Shown here: positions 22,173 through 30,132 of the stretch, one piece after another
How positions within the stretch are numbered: position 1 is the stretch's first letter
How the letters are laid out: every line of letters begins with the position of its first letter
Position numbers and translations under genes: made by a program
The notes under the pieces: generated by a model
Told to the model about the DNA's origin: nothing
Databases searched by the model: none
What the model saw: only the letters and a program-made list of their open reading frames with translations
Assembly (NCBI GenBank): GCA_016717005.1
Contig: JADJUF010000037.1
Span: 759,011 to 791,010, forward strand
Direction of reading: 5' to 3'
Length of the DNA stretch: 32,000 bases
Origin: Myxococcales bacterium
GTDB taxonomy: Bacteria; Myxococcota_A; Polyangia; Haliangiales; Haliangiaceae

Positions 22173-22276
22173 TCGCAGGTGCGCGCCGCCGCTGAACGCC
22201 GTGCGCGCTCGCGGTCACGCGCGCCGAGTGGAACGCCACGCCGCGATCACTCACGAACGGAGCGCCGCGCGCGTGA

Positions 22277-22945
22277 TCACTCGCGCAGGAAGTGGCAGGT
22301 GTACCCGTCGGGGTTGGCCTGCAGGTAGTCCTGATGGTCGGCCTCGGCCGCGGTGAACACGCTGGCCGGCTCGACGGTGGTGACGACCGGCGTCGGCCAG
22401 ACCCCGCTGGCGTCGACCCGGGCCCGCACCGCCAGCGCGGTCGAGCGCTGGGCCGCGGTCGTGTAGAAGATCGTCGAGCGGTACTGCGAGCCGCGATCGT
22501 TGCCCTGGCGATCGAGCGTGGTCGGGTCGTGCATGCGGAAGTACCAGCGCTGGAGCAGGACCTCGTAGCTGAGCCGGGCCGGATCGAACTCGACCTTGAC
22601 CGACTCGGCGTGGCCGGTGTCGCCGCGGTGGACGAGGTCGTAGCGCGCGGTCGCGGGATCGCCCCCGATGTAGCCGACCTCGGTGTCGACGACGCCGTCG
22701 ACCTGCCGCAGCAGCTCCTCCATGCCCCAGAAGCACCCGCCGGCGAGGATCGCGACCTCGTGGCCCGGCCCCGCCGCCGGGGTGATCGGCTCGGGCGCCG
22801 GCCCGGCGGGGGCCGACGGATCCGCCGGCGCCGGTCGCGCCGTCGGCGTCGCACGCTCACCGCCGCGGTCGCACGCGCCAAGGAGGACCAGCGCGACGAG
22901 GACCGCGCGGCGCGAGGTGACCATGGACCAGCTACGCACCGACAT
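22277..22945 (-). CDS. msrA: Peptide-methionine (S)-S-oxide reductase MsrA, exported lipoprotein form
   Basis: ORF 22277..22945- (alternative ATG 22924). Signal peptide RRAVLVALVLLGACDRG. Catalytic GCFWG motif in ILAGGCFWGMEELL. Confidence 0.9.
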   Translation of the reverse strand: MSVRSWSMVTSRRAVLVALVLLGACDRGGERATPTARPAPADPSAPAGPAPEPITPAAGPGHEVAILAGGCFWGMEELLRQVDGVVDTEVGYIGGDPATARYDLVHRGDTGHAESVKVEFDPARLSYEVLLQRWYFRMHDPTTLDRQGNDRGSQYRSTIFYTTAAQRSTALAVRARVDASGVWPTPVVTTVEPASVFTAAEADHQDYLQANPDGYTCHFLRE

Positions 22946-23091
22946 GGCCCAGGTTACCGCCTGCTGCCCTCGTGGCGAGGCCGCGCCCGGGCCGGCCCGT
23001 GGCCCGAGGGGCGGCCCGCGAGCCCCTCGCGCCCGCGGTTTGTGGTCCCACGGGTGACGCGCGCCTGACGGCCGGGCGACACTAGCAGTCG

Positions 23092-24720
23092 ATGCGACGC
23101 TCGAGTCGACGCCTGCTGGTGCTGGTCGCGGCGCTGCCCGTGACGCTGGTCCTGCTGGCGTTCCTCTACATGCTCGGGATGGCGCACCTCGAGGGCAAGG
23201 AGCGCGGCTTCTGGCAGGCGCTCGAGTGGGCCGGCGAGACCGTGACCACGACCGGCTACGGCGCCGACTCGGGCTGGACTCACCCGGTGATGGTCGTGTT
23301 CACGGTCGTGACCCAGTTCGTCGGCGTGTTCATGACCTTCCTGGTCTTCCCTGTGTTCCTGATCCCGTTCTTCGAGGAGCGGTTCGAGGGACGCCTGCCG
23401 ACCAAGCTGCCGACCCGCGCCGGCACCGTGCTGGTCTACCGCTGGGGCCCGGCGGTCGCGACCTTGGTCGACGAGCTGACCCGCGAGCGGGTCCCGGTGG
23501 TGATCCTCGAGAACGACCTGGCGATCGCCCGCCGCATCCGCGATCGCGGCCACACGGTCGTCCACGGCGATCTCGATCTCGACGACGACGTCCTCGGTGA
23601 GCTGCGCGGCGTCCGCGGCATCGTCGCGAACGGCCAGGATCACCAGAACGCGGTGCTGACGCTGAGCGCGCGCCAGCGCGGCTTCAAGGGGCCGATCGTC
23701 GCGCTGGTCGAGACCCCGAGCCGGCGCGCGCCGATGATGCGCGCCGGGGCCACCGCGGTGTTCACGCCGCGCCACGCCCTCGCGGCCGCGCTCGCAGCCA
23801 AGGCCAGCGTGAAGATCAGCCCGCGCGTCACCGGCGAGCGCCGCCTGGGCAAGGCCCTCGAGATCGCCGAGGTCCGCGTGCACCGCGGCAGCGCGCTGGT
23901 CGGCACGACCCTGGCGACCGCCAACCTGCGCGGCGAGACCGGCGCCACGATCATCGGCAAGTGGATCGGCGGTGAGCTCGACGCGCCGCCGTCCCCGACC
24001 CAGCCGATGGAGGTCGGGACGATCCTGGTCGCCGCGGGCAGCCGCGACGCGATCGCGCGGCTGGGCGAGCTGGCGACGCCGGTGGCGCGCACCGGCCGGT
24101 TCTTGATCCTCGGCAACGACGAGACCGGCCGCAAGGTCGCCGAGTTCCTGCGCGACGCCGGCGAGGAGGTCACGGTCATCGACGATCAGCCCGGCGCCGG
24201 CGTCGACGTGGTCGGCGACATCCTCGATCCTGAGCTGCTCCGCCGCGCGGGCATCGCCGGGGCGCAGGCGGTGCTGCTGGTCATGGAGAGCGACAGCGAG
24301 ACCACGTTCGCCGCGGCCGTCGTCCGCGATCTGGTCAGCGACGCCGCGGTGATCGCCAGCGTCGACAACGCCGACCACGTCGCCCGGGTCCACCGCGCAG
24401 GCGCCGACTTCGTCCTGTCGATCGGGCAGGTCGCGGGTCAGCTGCTGTCGTTCCAGATCCTGGGCGAGGAGGCCGTGACCCTGCAGCCCGAGATCAAGCT
24501 GGTCAAGACCCTGGCCGGCGCCCTGGCCGGGCAACGCCTGCGCGCCGCGAAGGTGCGCGAGCGCACCGGGTGCCTGGTGATCGCGGTCGAGCGGACCGAC
24601 GAGGTCGTCGTCGACTTCCCGGGCGACTTCGTGATCGGCGCCGACGACGTCGTCTACATCAGCGGCACGCCGGCCACGATCGCCCAGTACTTCGAGACGT
24701 TCGCCGGAACCCGCCCGTGA
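23092..24720 (+). CDS. Potassium channel with two RCK (TrkA-N/TrkA-C) domains
   Basis: ORF 23092..24720+. Two TM helices flank the selectivity filter TVTTTGYGAD. Two Rossmann-like RCK-N segments follow, each with a TrkA-C-like segment. Confidence 0.9.
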   Translation: MRRSSRRLLVLVAALPVTLVLLAFLYMLGMAHLEGKERGFWQALEWAGETVTTTGYGADSGWTHPVMVVFTVVTQFVGVFMTFLVFPVFLIPFFEERFEGRLPTKLPTRAGTVLVYRWGPAVATLVDELTRERVPVVILENDLAIARRIRDRGHTVVHGDLDLDDDVLGELRGVRGIVANGQDHQNAVLTLSARQRGFKGPIVALVETPSRRAPMMRAGATAVFTPRHALAAALAAKASVKISPRVTGERRLGKALEIAEVRVHRGSALVGTTLATANLRGETGATIIGKWIGGELDAPPSPTQPMEVGTILVAAGSRDAIARLGELATPVARTGRFLILGNDETGRKVAEFLRDAGEEVTVIDDQPGAGVDVVGDILDPELLRRAGIAGAQAVLLVMESDSETTFAAAVVRDLVSDAAVIASVDNADHVARVHRAGADFVLSIGQVAGQLLSFQILGEEAVTLQPEIKLVKTLAGALAGQRLRAAKVRERTGCLVIAVERTDEVVVDFPGDFVIGADDVVYISGTPATIAQYFETFAGTRP

Positions 24721-25071
24721 TCCGCGGCCCGCGCCGCCACCGCGCCGCCACCGCGCCGGCGCGCGCGGCCCCTCGCGACCTGCGCCGGCGCCCGCCGGTG
24801 ATCGATGGCGCGCGCGCCGCCACCGCGCCGGCGCGCGCGGCCTGCGCGACCTGCGCCGGCGCTCGCCGGTGATCGATGGCGCGCGCGCCGCCACCGCGCC
24901 GGCGCGCGCGGCCTGCGCGACCTGCGCCGGCGCCCGCCGGTGATCGATGGCGCGCGCGCCGCCACCGCGCCGGCGCGCGCGGCCTGCGCGACCTGCGCCG
25001 GCGCCCGCCGGTGATCGATGGCGCGCGCGCCGCCACCGCGCCGGCGCGCGCGGCCTGCGCGACCTGCGCCG
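24707..25071 (+). repeat. Five tandem units (81, 71, 71, 71, ~60 bp) each containing a copy of the K+ channel gene's last ~4 codons + TGA + a strong GC hairpin
   Basis: TGATC starts units at 24718 (the real stop), 24799, 24870, 24941 and 25012. Units 3 and 4 are identical and unit 2 differs by 1 nt. Unit 1 carries an extra 11-bp duplication (gccaccgcgcc). Confidence 0.95.
24809..24839 (+). terminator. 11-bp all-G:C stem with 9-nt loop (CGCGCGCGCCG-ccaccgcgc-CGGCGCGCGCG), repeated in units 2-5 of the array
   Basis: Arms are 24809-24819 and 24829-24839. The same hairpin recurs at +71, +142 and +213 nt. There is no U-tract. Confidence 0.5.
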
Positions 25072-25198
25072 CGGTCCGTTCAGGACGCGGTCGACGCGAT
25101 GATCCCGGGCTGCGTCCCGCGCGACGCGGAGCCGCGCCACGCGGAGCCGCGCGATCCGCAGCGACGCGCTTGCGCAACCTCGGGGGCCGCTGCTACCG

Positions 25199-26107
25199 AT
25201 GGCGATGACCACCATGCTCGTGCCGTGCGTCTGGCTCGACGATCAAGCCGAGGCGGCCGCGGCGCTCTACACCGAGCTCTTCCCGGGCGGCCGGACGACC
25301 GCGGTGGCGCGCTACCCCGAGGCCACCGACAACCCCAGCGGCCGGCCGCGCGGCAGCGTGCTCACCATCGAGGTCGAGCTCGCCGGGCAGCGCTGCACCT
25401 TGCTCAACGGCGGCCCGATGTTCACGCTCAACCCGAGCCTCTCGCTGTTCGTGCAGCTCGACGACAGCACAGCTGCCCGTCGACTGTTCGGTCGGCTCGC
25501 CGAGGGAGGCGAGGTGCGGATGCCGCTCGACCAGTACCCGTGGAGCCCGTGCTACGGCTGGGTCCAGGATCGGTTCGGCGTGTCGTGGCAGGTGATCACC
25601 GGCCGGCGCGCGCCCGCCGGCGACACGATCGTCCCGTGCCTGATGTTCGCGGGCGCCCAGCACGGTCGGGCCGAGGAGGCGCTGCGCCGGTACGCCGCGA
25701 TCTTCCCCGACGGCCGCGTCGACAGCCTCGAGCCGTACGGGCCCGACGAGGGCCCCGCCGGCACGCTCAAGCACGGGCGCTGCACGCTCGCCGGGCACGA
25801 GCTGGTGGCGATGGACAGCCACCTCGCCCACGACGTCGCGTTCAACGAGGCGCTGTCGCTGCAGGTGATGTGCGCCGATCAGGCCGAGGTCGATCGCTGC
25901 TGGGACGCGCTGGTCGACGGCGGCACGCCTGGCCCGTGCGGCTGGTTGAAGGATCGGTTCGGCGTGTCGTGGCAGGTCGTGCCGAGCGCGATCGCCGCGT
26001 GGATGGCCGGCCCCGACACCGCCGCGCGCGACCGCGCGTTCGCGGCGATGCTGACGATGGGCAAGCTCGACGTCGCCGCGCTCGAGCGCGCCTTCACCGG
26101 CGCGTGA
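25199..26107 (+). CDS. VOC-superfamily protein, tandem PhnB / 3-demethylubiquinone-9 3-methyltransferase-like domains
   Basis: ORF 25199..26107+. MLVPCVWLDDQAEAAAALYTELFPGG and two copies of DRFGVSWQV are typical of the PF06983-type fold. Confidence 0.85.
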   Translation: MAMTTMLVPCVWLDDQAEAAAALYTELFPGGRTTAVARYPEATDNPSGRPRGSVLTIEVELAGQRCTLLNGGPMFTLNPSLSLFVQLDDSTAARRLFGRLAEGGEVRMPLDQYPWSPCYGWVQDRFGVSWQVITGRRAPAGDTIVPCLMFAGAQHGRAEEALRRYAAIFPDGRVDSLEPYGPDEGPAGTLKHGRCTLAGHELVAMDSHLAHDVAFNEALSLQVMCADQAEVDRCWDALVDGGTPGPCGWLKDRFGVSWQVVPSAIAAWMAGPDTAARDRAFAAMLTMGKLDVAALERAFTGA

Positions 26108-26211
26108 GCGGGCGCGCGCACCTCACGTCGCCATGAGCGCGGCGCGGATCCTGGCGTCGGCGCGGACCTCGCTCTCGGCGTGGGCCCAGCGCGGGTTGTC
26201 CGTGCGCGCCG

Positions 26212-26868
26212 TCACGCCCAGCGCGGGGCCGCCGAGGTCGACCGCAGCGGCAGCTCCTGCAGGTCGGCCCACGCAGCGACCGCGGCCTCGGTGTCCGTGG
26301 CCAGCTCGGCCGCGAACCAGCGCCTGTCCCCCCGCCAGACCTCGCCGCCGAACGGGCCCCACACCACCGCGTCGATCTGATCGGTCGGGATCCACAGCGC
26401 GTGGTCGTCCATCCGGGCCAGCAGCGGCACCGGGAGGTTGCAGCGCAGGCGGTTGGGCACCCGATGCTGCTGACGCAGGACCTCTCCGACGACGTGCCCG
26501 ACGACCGCGCCGGCGAGCAGGCCGGCGGTCACGCGCGTCGCCAGGGCGACCCCGGGATCGTCGAGCTCGCGGTGGCGGCCGCCCGGGATGAACCCGACGC
26601 CGTGCTCGGCGAAGACCACCGCGCCCCGCATCGCCGGGAGCCCCGCCGCGTCGACCTCGACCCGGTGCGCCGTGAGCCGGCCCATCGGCTCGCCCTGGAC
26701 CGCGGCCCAGCGGGCCAGGTAGCTGGCGAGGTCGCCGATCCGCTCCTCGATCAGGCCGGCGATGACGCGCTTGCCCTCGGCCGAGAGGTCGTCGAAGTAC
26801 CAGGCGTGCAGCAGCTCCTCGTCCGAGCGGCGGGCCCAACGCTCACGGATCACCTTCTCCATCGACAT
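26212..26868 (-). CDS. Hypothetical protein
   Basis: ORF 26212..26868-. MSMEKVIRERWARRSDEELLHAWYFDDLSAEGKRVIAGLIEERIG... Balanced composition with one hydrophobic segment. Confidence 0.7.
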   Translation of the reverse strand: MSMEKVIRERWARRSDEELLHAWYFDDLSAEGKRVIAGLIEERIGDLASYLARWAAVQGEPMGRLTAHRVEVDAAGLPAMRGAVVFAEHGVGFIPGGRHRELDDPGVALATRVTAGLLAGAVVGHVVGEVLRQQHRVPNRLRCNLPVPLLARMDDHALWIPTDQIDAVVWGPFGGEVWRGDRRWFAAELATDTEAAVAAWADLQELPLRSTSAAPRWA

Positions 26869-26946
26869 GCCCTGCTATCGACCGCCGCGGCCAGCGGTTG
26901 CGTGGCGGCCGGCAGATCCGCGCGCGCGAGGTCACAATGGCGCGCG

Positions 26947-27447
26947 ATGACCACGACCCGCACCCAGCTCACGCTGTTCGTCGACGACCGGGACGCGGCC
27001 GCGCTCGAGGAGGTGCGCGCCGAGTTCAACCCGGCGCAGCACCGCCTGATCCGGAGCCACGTCACGCTGTGCCGCGAGGACGAGCTGCTCGAGCTCCCGC
27101 GCATCCGCGGCAACCTGGCCGCCGCGCTGCCGAGCCTGGCGCTGACCTTCGGGCCGCCGCGCCGGTTCGCGGACGGCGCCGGCGTGCTGCTGCCGGCGAT
27201 CGGCGATCCCGCGCCGTTCGAGCAGCTCCGGGCCGCGGTGCTGGCCGGCGTCACCGCGGCGCCCCGCGCCCTGGCGGCGCACATCACGCTCATGCACCCG
27301 CGCAACGCGACCTGCACCGCCGCCGTGTTCGCGCAGATCGCGGCGCGCCGCCTGCCCGACCGGCTGCGGTTCGGCGCGATCAGCCTGATCGCGCAGGTCG
27401 ACGGCGGCCCCTGGACCGTGCTCGACGAGTTCCCGCTGCGGTCGTGA
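26947..27447 (+). CDS. 2H phosphoesterase superfamily protein (2'-5' RNA ligase/LigT-like)
   Basis: This is the tail of track ORF 26401..27447+, ATG 26947. Two H-x-T-x motifs are present: SHVTLC and AHITLM. Confidence 0.75.
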   Translation: MTTTRTQLTLFVDDRDAAALEEVRAEFNPAQHRLIRSHVTLCREDELLELPRIRGNLAAALPSLALTFGPPRRFADGAGVLLPAIGDPAPFEQLRAAVLAGVTAAPRALAAHITLMHPRNATCTAAVFAQIAARRLPDRLRFGAISLIAQVDGGPWTVLDEFPLRS

Positions 27448-27465
27448 GCCGCGCGCGCGGCGGCG

Positions 27466-27559
27466 TCAGGCCGCGTCGGCGTCGGTGATCGGCGACGGCG
27501 CGCGGGCCGGGGTCAGGCCGCGTCGTCGTCGGTGATCAGCGCGACGATGATCGCGTCGC
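27466..27559 (-). repeat. 47-bp duplication of the 3' end + stop of gene 27513..28109 (units 27466-27512 and 27513-27559)
   Basis: The first 29 nt after each TCA are 27/29 identical (tcaggccgcgtcgNcgtcggtgatcNgcg) and the remainder has decayed. The copy would encode ...PITDADAA-stop versus the real ...LITDDDAA-stop. Confidence 0.85.
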
Positions 27560-28109
27560 CCGAGTCCGGGTAGGCGTAGCCGAGGTGGAGCGCGGGGCCC
27601 CGGTTGACCGCGGCGAACGCCCCGGCCTCGACCAGGTGCAGGATCGCGCGGGCGATCGCGAACCGGACGTGCCCCTCGAGCCAACCGTCCTCGCCGCCCT
27701 GGTTGAGCGCCTCGTACTGGGGCGAGCGCAGGAACGGATCGTAGCTGATCGTGAACTCATGGACGGCCTCGTCGCACGACGTGTACTCGCCGTAGCGTGG
27801 GTCGAACGTGCGGGCCTCGGTCCGGGCCGCGACGGTCTTGGCGGTCTGCCAGCTGTCGGGCCGGCCCGCGACCTCGGGGATCAGCGCGCGCATCTGCGCG
27901 TTGCGCGCCTTGGCGCCCGCCTGGTTGCGCGCGGCGGTGTCGAGGTGGACCTCGTACCAGCCCTTGTACGGATCGGCCCACAGCACGATCGCCGCCAGCG
28001 GCTCGTCGCCGTGGCCCAGGGCGATCACGTCGATCGCGGCGCGCAGCTCGGTCACGAGCTCGGCCTCGAGCGCCTGCCAGTCAGGGGGAGCGAGCGGGTC
28101 GGCGGTCAT
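27513..28109 (-). CDS. Hypothetical cytoplasmic protein (DUF4303-like, by recollection only)
   Basis: ORF 27513..28109-. MTADPLAPPDWQALEAELVTELRAAIDVIALGHGDEPLAAIVLWADPYKGWYEVHLDTAARN... Confidence 0.7.
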   Translation of the reverse strand: MTADPLAPPDWQALEAELVTELRAAIDVIALGHGDEPLAAIVLWADPYKGWYEVHLDTAARNQAGAKARNAQMRALIPEVAGRPDSWQTAKTVAARTEARTFDPRYGEYTSCDEAVHEFTISYDPFLRSPQYEALNQGGEDGWLEGHVRFAIARAILHLVEAGAFAAVNRGPALHLGYAYPDSGDAIIVALITDDDAA

Positions 28110-28133
28110 CGGCCGAGCCTACACGGCGTCGGC

Positions 28134-28637
28134 TCACAGGAGCGTCAGCTCGGCGCCGGCCATCGACATGATCATCTCGATCTCGCCGACCGTGAAGCCC
28201 TCGCTCTCGGAGCGATCGACCTCGTAGGCGAAGGCGGCGGCGGCCGGATCGAGCGTGGCCTCGATCGCGTCGCGGGGCGACAGCATCTCGAGATCGGCGA
28301 ACAGGATCAGCCGGTCGTCATCGCCGCCGGGCGCGTAGACGACGGCCTCGTGCTCGGGCGCGAACAGCAGGACCCCGCTGTGCGGCGCGCTGAGATCGAC
28401 CCGGCCGCGGATCGGCGGCGGCATCGACTCGCCCAGGAGCGCGACCGGCTGCATCTTCGCGAGCCAGTCGGGCTTGGTCGCGGCCATGCGATCGCGCACG
28501 GCCGGCAGGTGGTGGGCGAGCAGGTCGGCGCGCGCGGCCTCGGGCAGCGTGGCCCAGTCGAAGAACCAGGCCTCGGCGTCGCCGAGGATCGTGACGATGG
28601 TCAGCTTGCCGACGTGGGGAGCCAGGCTGGGGTGCAT
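28134..28637 (-). CDS. Hypothetical protein
   Basis: Inside ORF 28134..28844-. ATG 28637 gives MHPSLAPHVGKLTIVTILGDAEAWFFDWATLPE... It is on the same strand as the previous gene, 24 nt away. Confidence 0.65.
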   Translation of the reverse strand: MHPSLAPHVGKLTIVTILGDAEAWFFDWATLPEAARADLLAHHLPAVRDRMAATKPDWLAKMQPVALLGESMPPPIRGRVDLSAPHSGVLLFAPEHEAVVYAPGGDDDRLILFADLEMLSPRDAIEATLDPAAAAFAYEVDRSESEGFTVGEIEMIMSMAGAELTLL

Positions 28638-28705
28638 CGGCGCGAGGGTACATCGGGCGCGCGCGGCGCGGGCGGCGCGGGCGGCGTCCGCGGTACGATG
28701 GGGCG

Positions 28706-29476
28706 ATGTCCCTGCGATCGATCGCGGCGTGGTCGCTGCTCGCGCCGCTGGCCCTGTCCTGCACACCCCCGCCGCCGGTCCCGCTGGGGCCGCCGCCGCC
28801 GGGGCCCGAGGTGGCGGTCGCGGTCGAGCCACCGCCGCCGCCACCGCCGCCGGGGCCGCCCGCGCCCAGCGACGGCGCGGTCGACGCCGCGCGCCAGGAG
28901 CTCGGCGAGCGCGCCGCCCAGACCCACGGCATCAAGCTGTACTCGCACCACCGCCGTCACCTCGGCAACCACGACCGGGTGTTCGCGCCGATCGTCGCCA
29001 CCGACGACGGCGGCGTGGTCGTCGTCGGCACCCGGGTCACGCCGCGCCCGGGCCGCGCCGGGCTCTCGACCGCGGTGGCCGCCCGCTTCGACGGCGCCGG
29101 CGCGCCGGTGTGGGAGCTCGACTTCAGCCGCAAGGGCTTCCCGGAGTCCGAGGGCGGCAGCGCGGCGCTGGCCCCCGACGGGGTGATCCTGTTCGTGCTC
29201 GAGTACGTCAACCCGGCCTGGGGCGGCGTCCCGCGGCTGATCAAGCTCGACCCGTCGGGCGCGACCGTGTGGGACTGGCGCGGGCGCGGGCGTGGCGGCG
29301 TCGACACGCCGTTCGCCGACGTGCTGCAGCTCACGGCCGATCAGACCGTGACCATCAACGGCCACGTCTACGTCAAGAAGGGCGCGCCGGCCCGCGACTG
29401 GCGCGGCGAGGTCGACGCCAGCGGCGCGCTGATCCACGACGAGATCGGCGGCCCCGACCCGTCCGGCCTGCTGTGA
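28706..29476 (+). CDS. Hypothetical lipoprotein with poly-Pro linker
   Basis: ORF 28706..29476+. N-terminus MSLRSIAAWSLLAPLALSCTPPPPVPLGPPPPGPE. Confidence 0.75.
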   Translation: MSLRSIAAWSLLAPLALSCTPPPPVPLGPPPPGPEVAVAVEPPPPPPPPGPPAPSDGAVDAARQELGERAAQTHGIKLYSHHRRHLGNHDRVFAPIVATDDGGVVVVGTRVTPRPGRAGLSTAVAARFDGAGAPVWELDFSRKGFPESEGGSAALAPDGVILFVLEYVNPAWGGVPRLIKLDPSGATVWDWRGRGRGGVDTPFADVLQLTADQTVTINGHVYVKKGAPARDWRGEVDASGALIHDEIGGPDPSGLL

Positions 29477-29495
29477 CGCGGCCGCGCCGCGGGGC

Positions 29496-30101
29496 TCAGC
29501 GGACGATCTCGAGCGCAATCGCGTTCGAGCGGTGGGCGCCGATCCGCCACTCGACCGTGTGCGGACCGGGCGTCGCGAAGGTGTAGCTGGTGACCTCGAA
29601 GTTGACGTCGGCGTCGGGGCCGGGCAGCACCGCCCCGTCGTAGACGCCCACCCACGGATAGTCCGGCACCTCCGGCGCGGTCGTGCGGAGCGCGCCGTCG
29701 ACGTACTCGCCGTAGGCCGGCTTGGGCCCCATCACGAACGACTCGTGGCCGGCCGCGACCTCGACGACGTGGACCACCCGCACCGGCTCGCCGACGGCGT
29801 AGCGCGTGCGCGCGGTCAAGATCGTCATCGTCAGGCCGTCGACCGTCGGGCCGTGCGGCGCGTCGGCGTAGCCCTGGGCCACGGCCTGATCCTCGGCCGG
29901 CGCCTCGACGATCGCGTCGCCCTGGCGCGCGTACAGCTCGCGGATCTTCAGCGCCGCGCCGCTCACCGCCGGCGTCGCCTGGGTCGGCGCCGCGCCGCTC
30001 GCCGCCGGCGTCGCCTGGTCTGGAGCCGCGGTCCCGGCGCACGCGCCACCGAGGCCGACGAGGATCACCAGCGGGAGCGCGCGAGACGTGACGGCGGGCA
30101 T
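29496..30101 (-). CDS. Hypothetical lipoprotein
   Basis: Inside ORF 29496..30287-. ATG 30101 gives MPAVTSRALPLVILVGLGGACAG. Just after the signal peptide there is an in-frame ~33-bp duplication (APDQATPAASGA / APTQATPAVSGA). Confidence 0.75.
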   Translation of the reverse strand: MPAVTSRALPLVILVGLGGACAGTAAPDQATPAASGAAPTQATPAVSGAALKIRELYARQGDAIVEAPAEDQAVAQGYADAPHGPTVDGLTMTILTARTRYAVGEPVRVVHVVEVAAGHESFVMGPKPAYGEYVDGALRTTAPEVPDYPWVGVYDGAVLPGPDADVNFEVTSYTFATPGPHTVEWRIGAHRSNAIALEIVR

Positions 30102-30132
30102 GTGGCGCTCAAGATAGCAACGCCGGCCCGGC

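Noticed and set aside
22164-22276. Possible decayed copy of the msrA 3' end (tcactcacgaacgg at 22247 versus tcactcgcgcagga at 22277).
   Set aside because: Only about 16 of 30 positions match beyond the first 8 nt. In this base composition that cannot be separated from chance.
24659-25177. ORFs running through the repeat arrays as real repeat proteins (12889..13557-, 12722..12931-, 15312..15731+, 24659..25177- and 24805..25014+).
   Set aside because: Their periodic Arg/Ala-rich translations are a by-product of the DNA repeats. They have no credible starts or RBS, and the composition is shadow-like.
26184-26243. Possible 32-bp relic copy of the 3' end of gene 26212..26868 (gcccagcgcggg at 26184 and 26216). 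A similar GTGACCG(C)GGCGC pair lies at 17080-17114, after gene 16262..17083.
   Set aside because: The matches are short and low-complexity (12-14 nt) and the putative copies lack a clear stop and unit boundary. They are suggestive only in the light of the five clear arrays.
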